Origin: an uncultured Acidimicrobium sp.
GTDB lineage: Bacteria; Actinomycetota; Acidimicrobiia; Acidimicrobiales; Ilumatobacteraceae
DNA length: 64,000 nt
Reading direction: 5' to 3'
Assembly: GCA_964343495.1 (NCBI GenBank)
Contig: CAYFJS010000001.1
Coordinates: forward strand, 4,475-68,474
Shown: piece after piece, positions 17,288 through 27,800 of the stretch
Numbering within the stretch: position 1 is the first letter of the stretch
Layout: each line of letters begins with the position of its first letter
Program-made: the position numbers and the translations under genes
Notes under the pieces: model-generated
What the model was told of the DNA's origin: nothing
Databases searched by the model: none
The model's input: only the letters and a program-made list of their open reading frames with translations

Positions 17288-19783
17288 ATGAGCAAACCCC
17301 CGTCGCCAACCTTCGCAGTCGTCACTGGCGGCGGGACCACGGGGCATGTGAACCCTGCGATCGCCATTCTCGAACTCCTGAACGAGGCCGGCCACGAGCC
17401 GGAAACCCTGCACTACGTCGGATCCGACCGCGGCGTCGAAGTCGATCTGATCGCGAGGACTGCGTTCCCCTCGACGCTCTTGAGCGTCCGTGGTCTGCGG
17501 AGGAGTCTGAGTCCGAAGGGGGTCCTGCACAACCTCGGGATGCTCTTCGTCATGGCTCGGGCGAACAGCGAGGCTCGCCGACTGCTCGAGGAGCATGCCC
17601 CGAAGGTGGTCGTCTCTGTCGGCGGCTATGCGAGCGTTCCGATCTGTCGTGCTGCACGGCGACTCGGAATTCCGGTCGTCACGTGTTCCTATGACCGCAG
17701 CCCCGGGCTCGCCACGAGGGAACAGTCGCGTTACGCGGAGGCCTGTGCGGTTGCGTATCCCGACTCGACGCTCCGCGCGGCGACACTCACCGGTGCGCCA
17801 GTTCGTGCGGCGATTCGCACCCTCGATCGTGCCGCCCATTGCGTTGACGCGCGTCGGCAATTCGGTATCGCCGATGACTCATTCGTGGTGGCGGTCATCG
17901 GGGGTTCCCTTGGCTCTGCTCTCCTGAATGGCATCGCCGAGGATCTCGGTTCCGCGCTGTCGGCGGGTGTGCACATCATCCATTTGTGCGGCGAGCGTTA
18001 TGCCAACGCCTCTTCGGTGAACTCGTCGAACGTGACGAGGATTCCCTACACCGAGGCGATGGTTGACGTGTATGCGGCGAGCGACCTCGTGGTCTCGCGC
18101 GCAGGTGCGAGCACGATCGCCGAATTGGCGGTGGTCGGCGTTCCCAGCATCCTCGTCCCGTGGAGCGGGGCGGCCGAGGATCATCAGCGCGTGAATGCGG
18201 CGTGGCTCGCGGATGCCTCCGCTGCGATCCTCGTACCCGAGACCGAGGCGACGAGTGAGCGAATACGCCGCGAGGTCGTGCGACTGATGGATGATCGCGG
18301 GGTACTGGCCGCCATGGCGCGCAATGCCCGTGCGCTCGGTCGCCTCCATGACGGTGTGCTCCTGACCAGGGCCATCGAGCGGGTCGCATCGCTCTCGACG
18401 GCAATCGACCTCAGTGTCCCCCGACGGGTGCATGTCGTCGGCGTTGGCGGTCCCGGGATGAGCGCGCTCGCGCTCGCCCTCAGTGAAGCCGGTCATCGCG
18501 TGTCGGGGAGCGATCTCGTCGACTCCGAAGTCGTCGCGCAGCTGCGCGAAAGTGGCGTGACGGTCACCATCGGTCACGATCCGCAACTCGTCGCGGGTGT
18601 CGATGCCGTCACGTATTCGACGGCGATCCCCGCGACAAACGTCGAACTCGTCGCCGCGCGGAGAGCAGGTGCGACCGTCGTGTCGCGTGCGGCGATGCTC
18701 GCATCGCTGTGCCGGGAGAAGTCGTCAATTGGTGTCGCCGGCACGCATGGCAAGACGACGACGACGGGGATGCTCGCAACCATCCTGCGCGACGCCGGTC
18801 GAGATCCGAGTTTCGTGATCGGTGCCGACGTGCGCTCGCTCGGTGGATCGGCTCACTGGGGGATCGGCCGCGAATTCATAGTCGAGGCCGATGAGAGTGA
18901 TTCGACGCACGTTGCGCTACCACTTGAGGGTGTCATCCTGACGAACGTCGATGTGGACCACCTCGACCATTTCACGACGACGGCGAACCTCGAGGCGAGC
19001 TTCGATCGGCTGCTGACGCAAGCGACGGGTCCGAAGGTCGTGTGTGGGGACGACGCTCGTGCGGCGGCGATTGCCCGTCGACACGGCGTGCGCACCTATG
19101 GACTCGCTCCCGGGGTCGACGTGCAGGCAATAGACGTTGAGTTTCGCAATGGAGGAGTGTCTGCGAGGGTGCGCGAGACGTCCTCAGGTCGCATCCTCGG
19201 ATCTCTCTCCTTGTCGCTGCGCGGCGAGCACAACGTGCTGAATGCACTCGCCGCATTGACCATGGCGATCGAACTCGGGGTGGAACCGAGCGTCGGGCTC
19301 GATTCACTCGCCGGGTTCCGCGGAGTAGAGCGGCGTTTTGACGTGCGCGGAACATCGAACGGTGTGACCTTCGTCGACGACTACGCACACTTGCCTCGCG
19401 AAATCGCCACCGTACTGGGTGGAGCACGGGATGCTTCCGATGACTGGAAGCGGATCGTGGCGGTATTCCAGCCGAATCGCTTCAACAGGATGAACACGAT
19501 GTCCCCCGAATATCGCGATTCCTTCGTCGGCGCAGACCTCATCGTCGTGACGGAGATCTACGCCTCGGGAACGACACCCATCCCCGGTGTAACTGGCAAA
19601 CTGGTCGTCGATGCGATTCGTGCTGCACATCCGGACGCGCGCGTCGAATGGATCCCCGAGCGAGGTGACCTCGTGACGTTCCTCGCAACCGAACTGAAAG
19701 TCGGCGACCTGTGTATCTCCATGGGCTGCGGTGACATCGAGACCCTGCCCGACGAGGTGATCGCTGCGCGAGCAGGTTCATGA
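17288..19783 (+). CDS. murG/murC: fused MurG (N-terminal, about aa 1-366) and MurC (C-terminal, about aa 375-831) protein
   Basis: This is a single uninterrupted 831-aa ORF. The N-terminal part carries MurG motifs (VVTGGGTGHVNPAIA, RAGASTIAEL, AAEDHQRVNA). A linker of about 10 aa follows, then MurC (VHVVGVGGPGMSALALALSEAGHRVSGSD, GVAGTHGKTTTTGM). Confidence 0.85.
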   Translation: MSKPPSPTFAVVTGGGTTGHVNPAIAILELLNEAGHEPETLHYVGSDRGVEVDLIARTAFPSTLLSVRGLRRSLSPKGVLHNLGMLFVMARANSEARRLLEEHAPKVVVSVGGYASVPICRAARRLGIPVVTCSYDRSPGLATREQSRYAEACAVAYPDSTLRAATLTGAPVRAAIRTLDRAAHCVDARRQFGIADDSFVVAVIGGSLGSALLNGIAEDLGSALSAGVHIIHLCGERYANASSVNSSNVTRIPYTEAMVDVYAASDLVVSRAGASTIAELAVVGVPSILVPWSGAAEDHQRVNAAWLADASAAILVPETEATSERIRREVVRLMDDRGVLAAMARNARALGRLHDGVLLTRAIERVASLSTAIDLSVPRRVHVVGVGGPGMSALALALSEAGHRVSGSDLVDSEVVAQLRESGVTVTIGHDPQLVAGVDAVTYSTAIPATNVELVAARRAGATVVSRAAMLASLCREKSSIGVAGTHGKTTTTGMLATILRDAGRDPSFVIGADVRSLGGSAHWGIGREFIVEADESDSTHVALPLEGVILTNVDVDHLDHFTTTANLEASFDRLLTQATGPKVVCGDDARAAAIARRHGVRTYGLAPGVDVQAIDVEFRNGGVSARVRETSSGRILGSLSLSLRGEHNVLNALAALTMAIELGVEPSVGLDSLAGFRGVERRFDVRGTSNGVTFVDDYAHLPREIATVLGGARDASDDWKRIVAVFQPNRFNRMNTMSPEYRDSFVGADLIVVTEIYASGTTPIPGVTGKLVVDAIRAAHPDARVEWIPERGDLVTFLATELKVGDLCISMGCGDIETLPDEVIAARAGS

Positions 19784-22032
19784 GCGGTGCAAAAGGCGCC
19801 AAGCGTGCCACGAGCGTGGAGATAGAGGAGTTCACCCGGCTCCTCGGTGGTCGTGCGAGGCCACACATGCCGCTCGCGCCCCTCACGACCTATCGCGTCG
19901 GAGGGAGCGCGGCAGTCGGCGTGAACGTCGAGTCGATGGACGATCTCGTGTGCGTGAGCGAAGCTCTCCGGCAGGTGCCGATTCCGATGCTCGTCGTCGG
20001 TCGTGGCAGCAACATGCTCGTCTCCGATGACGGATTCGCCGGTGTGGCGATCGTGATGTCGAAATTCACCGACTACCTCGACCTGCCAGACCGTGACGAG
20101 GGCTCGGAGCCGGTAGCGCTCTTCGGGGGTGCGGTGTCGCTTCCCGTCGCCGCCCGACAAAGCGTCGCCCGAGGTCTGACGGGATTCGAATGGGCGGTCG
20201 GCGTGCCCGGCTCAATCGGCGGCGCGGTTCGAATGAACGCCGGCGGTCACGGCTCGGACATGGCGTCGTCACTCCGTCTCGTTCGTCTCTACCACCTCAC
20301 GACTGGCGACGAAGTCGTCGTCGCGGCCGAACACCTCGGTTTGCGGTTCCGGGGCTCGGCGCTCGCCGACCACCACGTCGTGTTGAGTGCGACGGTCGAG
20401 TTGGCGTGGTCGAGCGATACTGCGGCGAGCGAGGCGCAGCTCGCCGAGATCGTGCGCTGGCGTCGCGAACATCAGCCGGGAGGACAGAACGCGGGGTCGG
20501 TGTTCGTGAACCCGGTGCCGGGAGAGGTATCCGCAGGTGCGCTCATCGACGAGCAGGGACTGCGCGGGCTTCGGATCGGTACGGCGGAGGTGTCGACCAA
20601 ACACGCGAACTTCATTCAGGCCGACGACGGGGGAAGCGCACTCGATGTCGTGCGCGTGATGGCGCAGATGAAGCGGCGAGTGCTCGATGCCACCGGTTAT
20701 GACCTGCACAGTGAGATTCGACTCGTCGGGTTCTCTTCGGGCGAGGATGGCGATTTGGATGCGGTGCTCGGGAGCGAGGCTGATACCTCGGTCGCCACGA
20801 TTCGCCTCGAGCAGGTGATGGAAAAGATCGCGCGCCACGGGGCCTCGGGTGACTCATCCATTCCGTTGACGGTGCTCGCCGGATCGATTCCCTCCGATGG
20901 AGTCGAGGACGTCTCAGAGGACGTCCTCGATGAGTTGCGCGGAGCGTTCGCCGGCGACGAGTCGCAGTCACAATCCCGACCACAAGTTCGCCCAGAGCCC
21001 GCAGTGGCCGCACCGTCGTCGGATCCTCCCGAGACCGCAACGTCGACCGACGTTCACGAGCCGGTTCCGTCCGAACGAATCGTGATCGAGGACGATGCGC
21101 TTCGCCGTGCGACCGACCTCGACTTTCCCGCCGACGTCCAGAGTCAGTCGGTGCATTTCGCGCCGACTTCGACCAGGGTCGTGATCACTGACGACTCCTT
21201 CGTCGGAGCAGAAGTGGGTTCCACGACGGGCATCGTGTCGTCGACGGCGACGATCATCGACGACGCACCATTCGGTCGTCGCAAGTTCGTTTCCCGTCTG
21301 CGCGGACGCATAGCGGGAGCATTTTCACGCACGCAGAACCGACGCAAGGCGATTCTTCTGGTCGTGGCGAGCGTGATCGGTGGTGGGGCACTCGTTCTCG
21401 TCGTCCTCGCATCGCCGATCGTGGCGGTGCGCAAGGTGCAGATCGAGGGCGTCACGTATGCCGACCCGCGGCTCGTGGACGCAGTCGTGCAGTCCCTGAA
21501 AGGTAAGTCGGTCCTCACCGTCGATACGGCGACGGCTGAGGCTCGCCTCGAAGGCGATCCGTGGGTCGCCGATGCACGCATCTCTACGTATCTTCCGAAC
21601 CGTGCCGTCATCGAAGTGTCCGAGCGCATCCCAGTGGCGTGGTTCCTCGGTGTCGACAACCGCGCCCGCGTGATCGACTTGGACGGCCGCGTCCTTGCCA
21701 TCGTCGATGGGCGTCCGACGGAGTACCTGTGGATCGACGGCACCGGGCCGAATTCGTCACCGGGCGCCGTCGCCTCGGATGCCTATCGGGCGGCCGGTCA
21801 GCTCGCGATTTCCATCCCCGAGGAGATGAAGCCCCTCGTGGAGAAGCTCGGTGTGTCAGGACCCAACAATGTGACGATGACGTTGATCACCGGCACGGTG
21901 ATCGACTTCGGTGAGCCGGTGGACATGCGCAACAAACTCGTCAACGTGGTCGTGCTCCTGCGCCGTCAGGACCCCAATGACATCGCGTCGATTGACGTCT
22001 CCTCGGGTACGCCCGTGGTCAAGACCCAATAG
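19780..22032 (+). CDS. murB/ftsQ: fused MurB (about aa 1-318), roughly 200-aa acidic linker, and TM + POTRA/FtsQ domain (about aa 523-750)
   Basis: This is a single uninterrupted 750-aa ORF whose ATG overlaps the murC TGA. The MurB part shows LAPLTTYRVGG, VVGRGSNMLVSD, GVPGSIGGAVRMNAGGHG and NAGSVFVNP. A TM helix (ILLVVASVIGGGALVLVVLA) follows, then FtsQ/POTRA (VRKVQIEGVTYADP...NRAVIEVSERIPVAW). Confidence 0.85.
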   Translation: MSGAKGAKRATSVEIEEFTRLLGGRARPHMPLAPLTTYRVGGSAAVGVNVESMDDLVCVSEALRQVPIPMLVVGRGSNMLVSDDGFAGVAIVMSKFTDYLDLPDRDEGSEPVALFGGAVSLPVAARQSVARGLTGFEWAVGVPGSIGGAVRMNAGGHGSDMASSLRLVRLYHLTTGDEVVVAAEHLGLRFRGSALADHHVVLSATVELAWSSDTAASEAQLAEIVRWRREHQPGGQNAGSVFVNPVPGEVSAGALIDEQGLRGLRIGTAEVSTKHANFIQADDGGSALDVVRVMAQMKRRVLDATGYDLHSEIRLVGFSSGEDGDLDAVLGSEADTSVATIRLEQVMEKIARHGASGDSSIPLTVLAGSIPSDGVEDVSEDVLDELRGAFAGDESQSQSRPQVRPEPAVAAPSSDPPETATSTDVHEPVPSERIVIEDDALRRATDLDFPADVQSQSVHFAPTSTRVVITDDSFVGAEVGSTTGIVSSTATIIDDAPFGRRKFVSRLRGRIAGAFSRTQNRRKAILLVVASVIGGGALVLVVLASPIVAVRKVQIEGVTYADPRLVDAVVQSLKGKSVLTVDTATAEARLEGDPWVADARISTYLPNRAVIEVSERIPVAWFLGVDNRARVIDLDGRVLAIVDGRPTEYLWIDGTGPNSSPGAVASDAYRAAGQLAISIPEEMKPLVEKLGVSGPNNVTMTLITGTVIDFGEPVDMRNKLVNVVVLLRRQDPNDIASIDVSSGTPVVKTQ

Positions 22033-22187
22033 GGCTATGGCGGGGTACCCCCGAGGCGTCAACTACTGTCTAGGTCAGCGTCGTTCCGCCCGAGCACAGT
22101 GCCCGGACGGTGGCGGGTAGGGAATGAAAAACTCTCACGGTGACGCTCAGTGAGAGGTTGAACGAGGGAAAAGGATCGGGGAACACA

Positions 22188-23282
22188 ATGAGCGGAGCTC
22201 CACAGAACTTCCTGGCGATGATCAAGGTCATCGGCGTGGGTGGCGGTGGCGTCAATGCCATCAACCGCATGATTGACACCGGAATCCGTGGGGTCGAGTT
22301 CGTGGCAGTGAACACCGACGCGCAGGCGCTCCTCATGAGCGACGCGCACTTCAAGATCGACATCGGTCGCGACATCACCAGAGGTCTCGGAGCGGGAAGC
22401 GACCCGGAGGTCGGTCGTGAAGCCGCAGAGACATCCCGTGCGGAGATCGAAGAACTCGTCGCCGGTGCGGACATGGTGTTCATCACCGCCGGCGAGGGTG
22501 GCGGAACGGGCACTGGAGCTGCCCCGATCATCGCCGAGATTGCCCGCGCGTCTGGCGCGCTCACCGTCGGCATCGTCACCCGACCATTCGGGTTCGAGGG
22601 CCGTCGTCGTGCGCTGCAGGCAGAAAGCGGCATCAACAAACTGAAGGACAAGGTCGACACCTTGATCGTCATTCCGAACGAGCGCTTGCTCTCGATCGCG
22701 ACCGACAAGACGAGCCTGATGGATGCCTTCCGCAAGGCCGACGACATCTTGTTCCAAGGCGTGTCGGGTATCACCAACCTGATCACGACTCCTGGTCTCA
22801 TCAACACCGACTTCGCCGACGTGAAGAACATCCTGCAAAACGCCGGCACCGCGCTCATGGGCACGGGGCGGGCGAGTGGCGACAACCGCGCGGTCAATGC
22901 CGCGAATGCCGCGATCAACTCGCCGTTGCTCGAGTCCTCGATCGAGGGGGCCCGCGGCATCCTGCTCAACATCACCGGTCCATCGGACATGGGGCTCTTC
23001 GAGATGAATGCGGCGGCCGAGATCGTCCACGGCACCGCACACCAGGACGCCAACATCATCTTCGGCACCGTGATCGACGACGATCTCGACGACGAGATTC
23101 GCGTCACGGTGATCGCCGCCGGTTTTGATCGTGCCGAGCCGAGCATGACCCGTGGCTCGGGTCGTTCGAGCTCGTCGAGCGACACGAAGGGATCCAGTCG
23201 GCTGAAGGAACTGTTCGGCTCGGGCGAGGACCCGTTGCGCGACGACTCCGACGGTCTCGACGTTCCTTCGTTCCTCAAGTAG
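22188..23282 (+). CDS. ftsZ: cell division GTPase FtsZ
   Basis: Motifs are [17 protein letters not shown], the tubulin signature [13 protein letters not shown] and the C-terminal peptide DVPSFLK. I prefer ATG 22188 (MSGAPQNF) as the start. The track start GTG 22140 lies inside a hairpin (22132-22156), but it remains possible. Confidence 0.93.
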   Translation: MSGAPQNFLAMIKVIGVGGGGVNAINRMIDTGIRGVEFVAVNTDAQALLMSDAHFKIDIGRDITRGLGAGSDPEVGREAAETSRAEIEELVAGADMVFITAGEGGGTGTGAAPIIAEIARASGALTVGIVTRPFGFEGRRRALQAESGINKLKDKVDTLIVIPNERLLSIATDKTSLMDAFRKADDILFQGVSGITNLITTPGLINTDFADVKNILQNAGTALMGTGRASGDNRAVNAANAAINSPLLESSIEGARGILLNITGPSDMGLFEMNAAAEIVHGTAHQDANIIFGTVIDDDLDDEIRVTVIAAGFDRAEPSMTRGSGRSSSSSDTKGSSRLKELFGSGEDPLRDDSDGLDVPSFLK

Positions 23283-23298
23283 TCGCGTCGGTGGCGGC

Positions 23299-23949
23299 AT
23301 GACGGCCGTCGATGTCGCAGCGCGTCTTGCGCACGTTCGAGAGCGGATCATTCGTGCGGGCGGAGTCAACGTCGCGGTGATCGCCGTCACGAAGACCTTC
23401 GGTCACGATTCGTGGCTCGCGGCCCGCGACGCTGGTTGCGATGGAATCGGGGAGAATTACGCCCAGGAGCTCCTCGCTAAGCACGGCGAGGGACCATCTC
23501 CGTTGCCCGTGCATTTCATCGGTCACGTACAGACGAACAAGGTTCGATCCTTGATCGACGTCGTCGACGTGTGGCAAACCGTTGACCGAGCGTCCATCAT
23601 CGACGAGATCGCCAAACGCGCACTCGGGCGACGCCCTCGGGTGTTCCTCCAGGTCAACACCTCAGACGAGGATTCGAAGTCGGGGTGCGCACCGGATGAC
23701 CTCGACGGGCTCGTGACGCGATGCAGCGACCGTGGACTCGTCCTTGACGGTTTGATGACAATCGGGCCGACGAGCGGGGAGCCGGTCGCGACGCGGAAAG
23801 CGTTTCGTCTGCTCCGTCGGCTGGCGAATGATCATGGGCTCGCGCAGTGCTCGATGGGGATGACGGGAGACCTCGAGATTGCCGTCGAGGAGGGTTCGAC
23901 CATGGTGCGTGTCGGGTCGGCCCTCTTTGGCCCCCGCCACAACCCATAG
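23299..23949 (+). CDS. yggS: YggS-family pyridoxal-phosphate homeostasis protein
   Basis: 216 aa at the conserved position after ftsZ. Matching segments are AVTKTF, GENYAQEL, HFIGHVQTNKV and MGMTGDLEIAVEEGSTMVRVGSALFG. Confidence 0.85.
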   Translation: MTAVDVAARLAHVRERIIRAGGVNVAVIAVTKTFGHDSWLAARDAGCDGIGENYAQELLAKHGEGPSPLPVHFIGHVQTNKVRSLIDVVDVWQTVDRASIIDEIAKRALGRRPRVFLQVNTSDEDSKSGCAPDDLDGLVTRCSDRGLVLDGLMTIGPTSGEPVATRKAFRLLRRLANDHGLAQCSMGMTGDLEIAVEEGSTMVRVGSALFGPRHNP

Positions 23950-23988
23950 TCGGGTGGGATCGGGGCCGGTGGACTACTGTTTCTGACG

Positions 23989-24504
23989 ATGTCAATGTTT
24001 CGCCGCGCCATGGATTACCTGGGTCTCGGACCCGACGACGCCTACGACGACTACGACGCGTCTGTCGCTCGTGAGCGCCCAGTTCGTGCTCGTCAACAGC
24101 GACCGGCGCCACGCTCCGCACAACGTCTCGATGATGAGTATGAGGACGACTACTACGAGGACGAAGAGGCCGTCGAGTCGCGTCCACCGATGGTGCGTGA
24201 CGATTCCGGTGTGCATGTTCGCCCGCGTTCAGGTTCTGCGTCCAACGTTCGGCCCGTCGCCGCAACTCGTCGGGAACCAGTGTCGATCAAGCCGACTCGT
24301 TACGACGACGCCAAGGAAATTGCCGATCGCGTGAAGGCCGGTGTTCCGGTGTTGATGAACATCAGCTCCGCAGACGAAATCATCGCGCGCCGCTTGATCG
24401 ATTTTGCGAGTGGTCTGATCTACGGTGTCGAGGGCTCGATGGAGAAGGTCTCCCCCGGGGTGTTCCTGATCAAGCCACCGGGCGTGCGCGTCGCGCTCGA
24501 CTAG
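23989..24504 (+). CDS. sepF: cell division protein SepF
   Basis: 171 aa. It has the N-terminal amphipathic MSMFRRAMDYLGL, an acidic linker and a conserved C-terminal domain (IKPTRYDDAKEIADRVKAGVPVLMNI...RLIDFASGLIYG). Confidence 0.88.
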   Translation: MSMFRRAMDYLGLGPDDAYDDYDASVARERPVRARQQRPAPRSAQRLDDEYEDDYYEDEEAVESRPPMVRDDSGVHVRPRSGSASNVRPVAATRREPVSIKPTRYDDAKEIADRVKAGVPVLMNISSADEIIARRLIDFASGLIYGVEGSMEKVSPGVFLIKPPGVRVALD

Positions 24505-24516
24505 TTCCCGTCCTCA

Positions 24517-24771
24517 ATGATCGTTCAGTTGCTCTGTGGCGTCACCCAGTTGGCGGTGCTTGCGATCATCGCCCGCGTGATCCTTTCGTGGTTCCCGATC
24601 GGGCCGACCTCTCCGTTCGCGCCGATCGTGCGATTCATCTTCCAGATCACCGAGACGATGCTGGGGCCAGTTCGCCGGGCGCTGCCACTCGCTGGTCCTC
24701 TTGACCTGTCGCCGATCGTCGTGATCTTGTTCCTGCAGATCGTCGTGCAGCGTCTCATCCTCGGCTGCTAG
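24517..24771 (+). CDS. yggT: YggT family membrane protein
   Basis: 84 aa with two TM helices. It has the RVILSWFP motif and sits at the conserved position after sepF. Confidence 0.8.
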   Translation: MIVQLLCGVTQLAVLAIIARVILSWFPIGPTSPFAPIVRFIFQITETMLGPVRRALPLAGPLDLSPIVVILFLQIVVQRLILGC

Positions 24772-24809
24772 CGACCTGCGGTCGGTCGATCCCAATACAC
24801 TGACGCACC

Positions 24810-27800
24810 GTGGCATACCCGAGCGTTGACCCCCAGCCGCAGTTTCCGCAGCTGGAAGCCGAGGTCCTCGAGTTCTGGAAGCACGACGACACGTTCGTCG
24901 CCTCCGTCGAGCAGCGACCTCGCGGGACGAATGGCGACAACGAATATGTGTTCTACGACGGGCCACCATTCGCCAACGGCCTTCCGCACTACGGTCACCT
25001 CCTCACCGGCTTCGTGAAGGACGCCGTCCCGCGCTACCAGACGATGCGCGGGAAGCGAGTCGAGCGACGATTCGGCTGGGATTGCCATGGGCTTCCCGCC
25101 GAGGCCGAAGCGGAGCGCCAACTCGGCATCTCCGGTCGTCAGGCAATCACGGACTTCGGCATCGACAAGTTCAACGAGTACTGCAAGGTCTCGGTGTTGC
25201 AGTACACGAGCGAGTGGGAGCGTTACGTCACCCGCCAGGCGCGCTGGGTCGACTTTGCCAACGACTACAAGACGCTCGACACCAACTACATGGAAAGTGT
25301 CATGTGGGCGTTCAAGACGCTCTACGACAAGGGCCTCATCTACATGGGATTCCGAGTGCTCCCGTATTCATGGGCGCTCGAGACGCCATTGTCGAACACC
25401 GAGACCCGAATGGATGACGCCTACAAGCAGGTGCAAGATCCCGCCTTGACCGTCGCCTTCACGTTGGAGGACGGAGACAAGATCCTCGCCTGGACAACCA
25501 CTCCGTGGACGTTGCCGAGCAACCTCGCACTCGCCGTCGCGCCCGACGTTGCCTATGTTCGCGTGCGTCACGAGGATTCGGTGTACGTCCTCGCCAAGGA
25601 TCGGCTCGCTGCGTACGAACGCGAACTCGGCGGTGCAGAAGTGCTCGGGGAGGTGTCGGGAAGTTCGCTCGTCGGACGCCGCTACCAGCCGTTGTTCCCG
25701 TATTTCGCGGAGCACCCGAACGCCTTCAGAATTGTGTCCGGCGACTTCGTCACGACCGAAGATGGCACCGGAGTGGTGCACATGGCACCTGGCTTCGGCG
25801 AGGACGACCAGCGAGTGTGTCGCGACAACGGAATCGATCTCGTCGTTCCCGTCGATAGCAGGGGGCAGTTCACGAGCGAGGTGCCCGACTACGAGGGCAC
25901 GCTCGTGTTTGATGCGAACCCGCTCATCATCCGGGCGCTCAAGGAGCGAGGAGTCGTTCTCCGGCACGAGACGTACGACCACGCGTATCCGCACTGTTGG
26001 AGAACCGGCAAGCCACTCATCTACAAGGCGGTGAGTTCGTGGTTCGTCGACGTCACCAAGGTCAAGGAGCGGATGGTCGAATTGAACCGGTCGATCACGT
26101 GGGTCCCCGACCATCTTCGCGACGGAAGCTTCGGCAAGTGGCTGGAGAACGCGCGTGACTGGACGATCAGCCGGAACCGCTTTTGGGGTTCACCCATCCC
26201 CGTATGGATGAGCGACGATCCTGCCCACCCGAGAACTGACGTGTACGGCAGCGTCGCGGAACTCGAACGAGACTTCGGCGTCGCCGTGACCGAGTTGCAT
26301 CGTCCGTTCGTGGACGACCTTGTTCGCGCGAACCCCGACGACCCGACGGGAAAGTCGATGATGCGTCGAGTCCCCGAGGTGCTCGACTGCTGGTTCGAGA
26401 GCGGATCGATGCCGTTCGCGCAGGTGCATTATCCGTTCGAGAATCAGGAGTGGTTCGACCATCACTATCCGGGCGACTTCATCGTCGAATACATCGGTCA
26501 GACTCGCGGCTGGTTCTACACCCTGCACGTGCTCGCAACCGCGCTCTTCGATAAGCCGAGTTTTGCCACGTGCGTGAGCCACGGCATCGTGCTCGGCGCC
26601 GACGGCCAGAAGATGTCCAAGAGCCTGCGCAACTATCCGGACCCGATGGGCGTGTTCGACACGCACGGGGCGGATGCGATGCGCTGGTATCTGCTGTCGT
26701 CGTCGATCCTGCGAGGCTCGGACTTCGCCGTCACAGAGGACGGGATTCGCGACACCGTACGCCAGGTGATGCTGCCGATTTGGAACTCGTGGTACTTCCT
26801 CACCCTGTACGCCAATGCCTCGGGCAAACACGGTTCGGTCCGCACGGATTCATCGAACGTCATGGACCGCTACATCTTCGCCAAACTGAATCGAACGATC
26901 GGACTCGTCACGGCGTCGATGGACACCTATGACCTGTTCGAGGCATGCCAGCAGATCCGCGAATTCCTCGACGCGCTCACGAACTGGTACATCAGGCGAA
27001 GCCGCGACCGATTCTGGGCGGGGGACTCAGATGCCATTGACACGCTGCACACGGTGCTGAGCGTGCTGACTCGTCTTGCGGCGCCGCTCCTGCCGCTCGT
27101 GAGCGAGAACATCTACCGCGGACTCACCGGTGAACGCAGCGTGCACCTCGCAGATTGGCCGAAGGTCGACGAGGTCCCGACGGACGACGCACTCGTCGTG
27201 ACCATGGATCGGGTCCGCGACGTGTGTTCGACGACGCTTTCGCTGCGCAAGTCGAAGTCGCGACGCGTCCGTCTTCCCTTGGCGTCGATCACGGTCGCGG
27301 CACCGAACGCATCTGCGCTCGAGGAATTCGCCTCGATCATCACCGAAGAGGTGAACGCCCGTGCGGCGACGTTCCGCTCGGACGTCGAGGGTGTCGCACG
27401 TGAGGAACTCCAAGTCATCCCAGCTGCTCTCGGACCACGTTTGGGGTCCAACACCCAGAAGGTGATCGGTGCGGTCAAGCGCGGCGAGTGGTCGAAGACG
27501 GCGTCTGGGGTTCAGGCTGGAGGCGTCGACCTCGAACCGCATGAATACGTGTTGAAACTCGTGGCCGACACCTCCGGAAGCGGCGATGCGGCGTCAGCGG
27601 CGCTGGGGGATGGAAACGGAGTGGTGATCGTCGACCTGACCCTGACCGACGACCTCATCGCCGAGGGAACTGCGCGCGACATCGTGCGTGTCGTCCAGCA
27701 GGCACGTCGCGATGCCGGCCTCGACGTGTCGGATCGAATCTCTCTCACCCTCGGTCTCGACGAGGAGACCTCGGCACGGGTCCAGTCGTACCTCGGGTAC

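Noticed and set aside
22132-22156. The hairpin CTCTCAC-N11-GTGAGAG, and the GGGGTACCCC palindrome (about 22043-22052), in the ftsQ-ftsZ spacer as a terminator or regulator.
   Set aside because: The stems are short (7 bp and 5 bp), there is no U-tract, and I cannot assess conservation. I used the hairpin only as a weak argument for preferring the ATG 22188 start of ftsZ.
24772-24809. I looked for a T-box leader upstream of ileS, which is common in Actinobacteria.
   Set aside because: Only 38 nt separate the yggT stop from the ileS GTG, and they contain just a 5-bp hairpin (CGACC-tgc-GGTCG). There is no room for a specifier loop or T-box sequence. ileS seems to be read through from the dcw/sepF unit or uses a promoter inside yggT.
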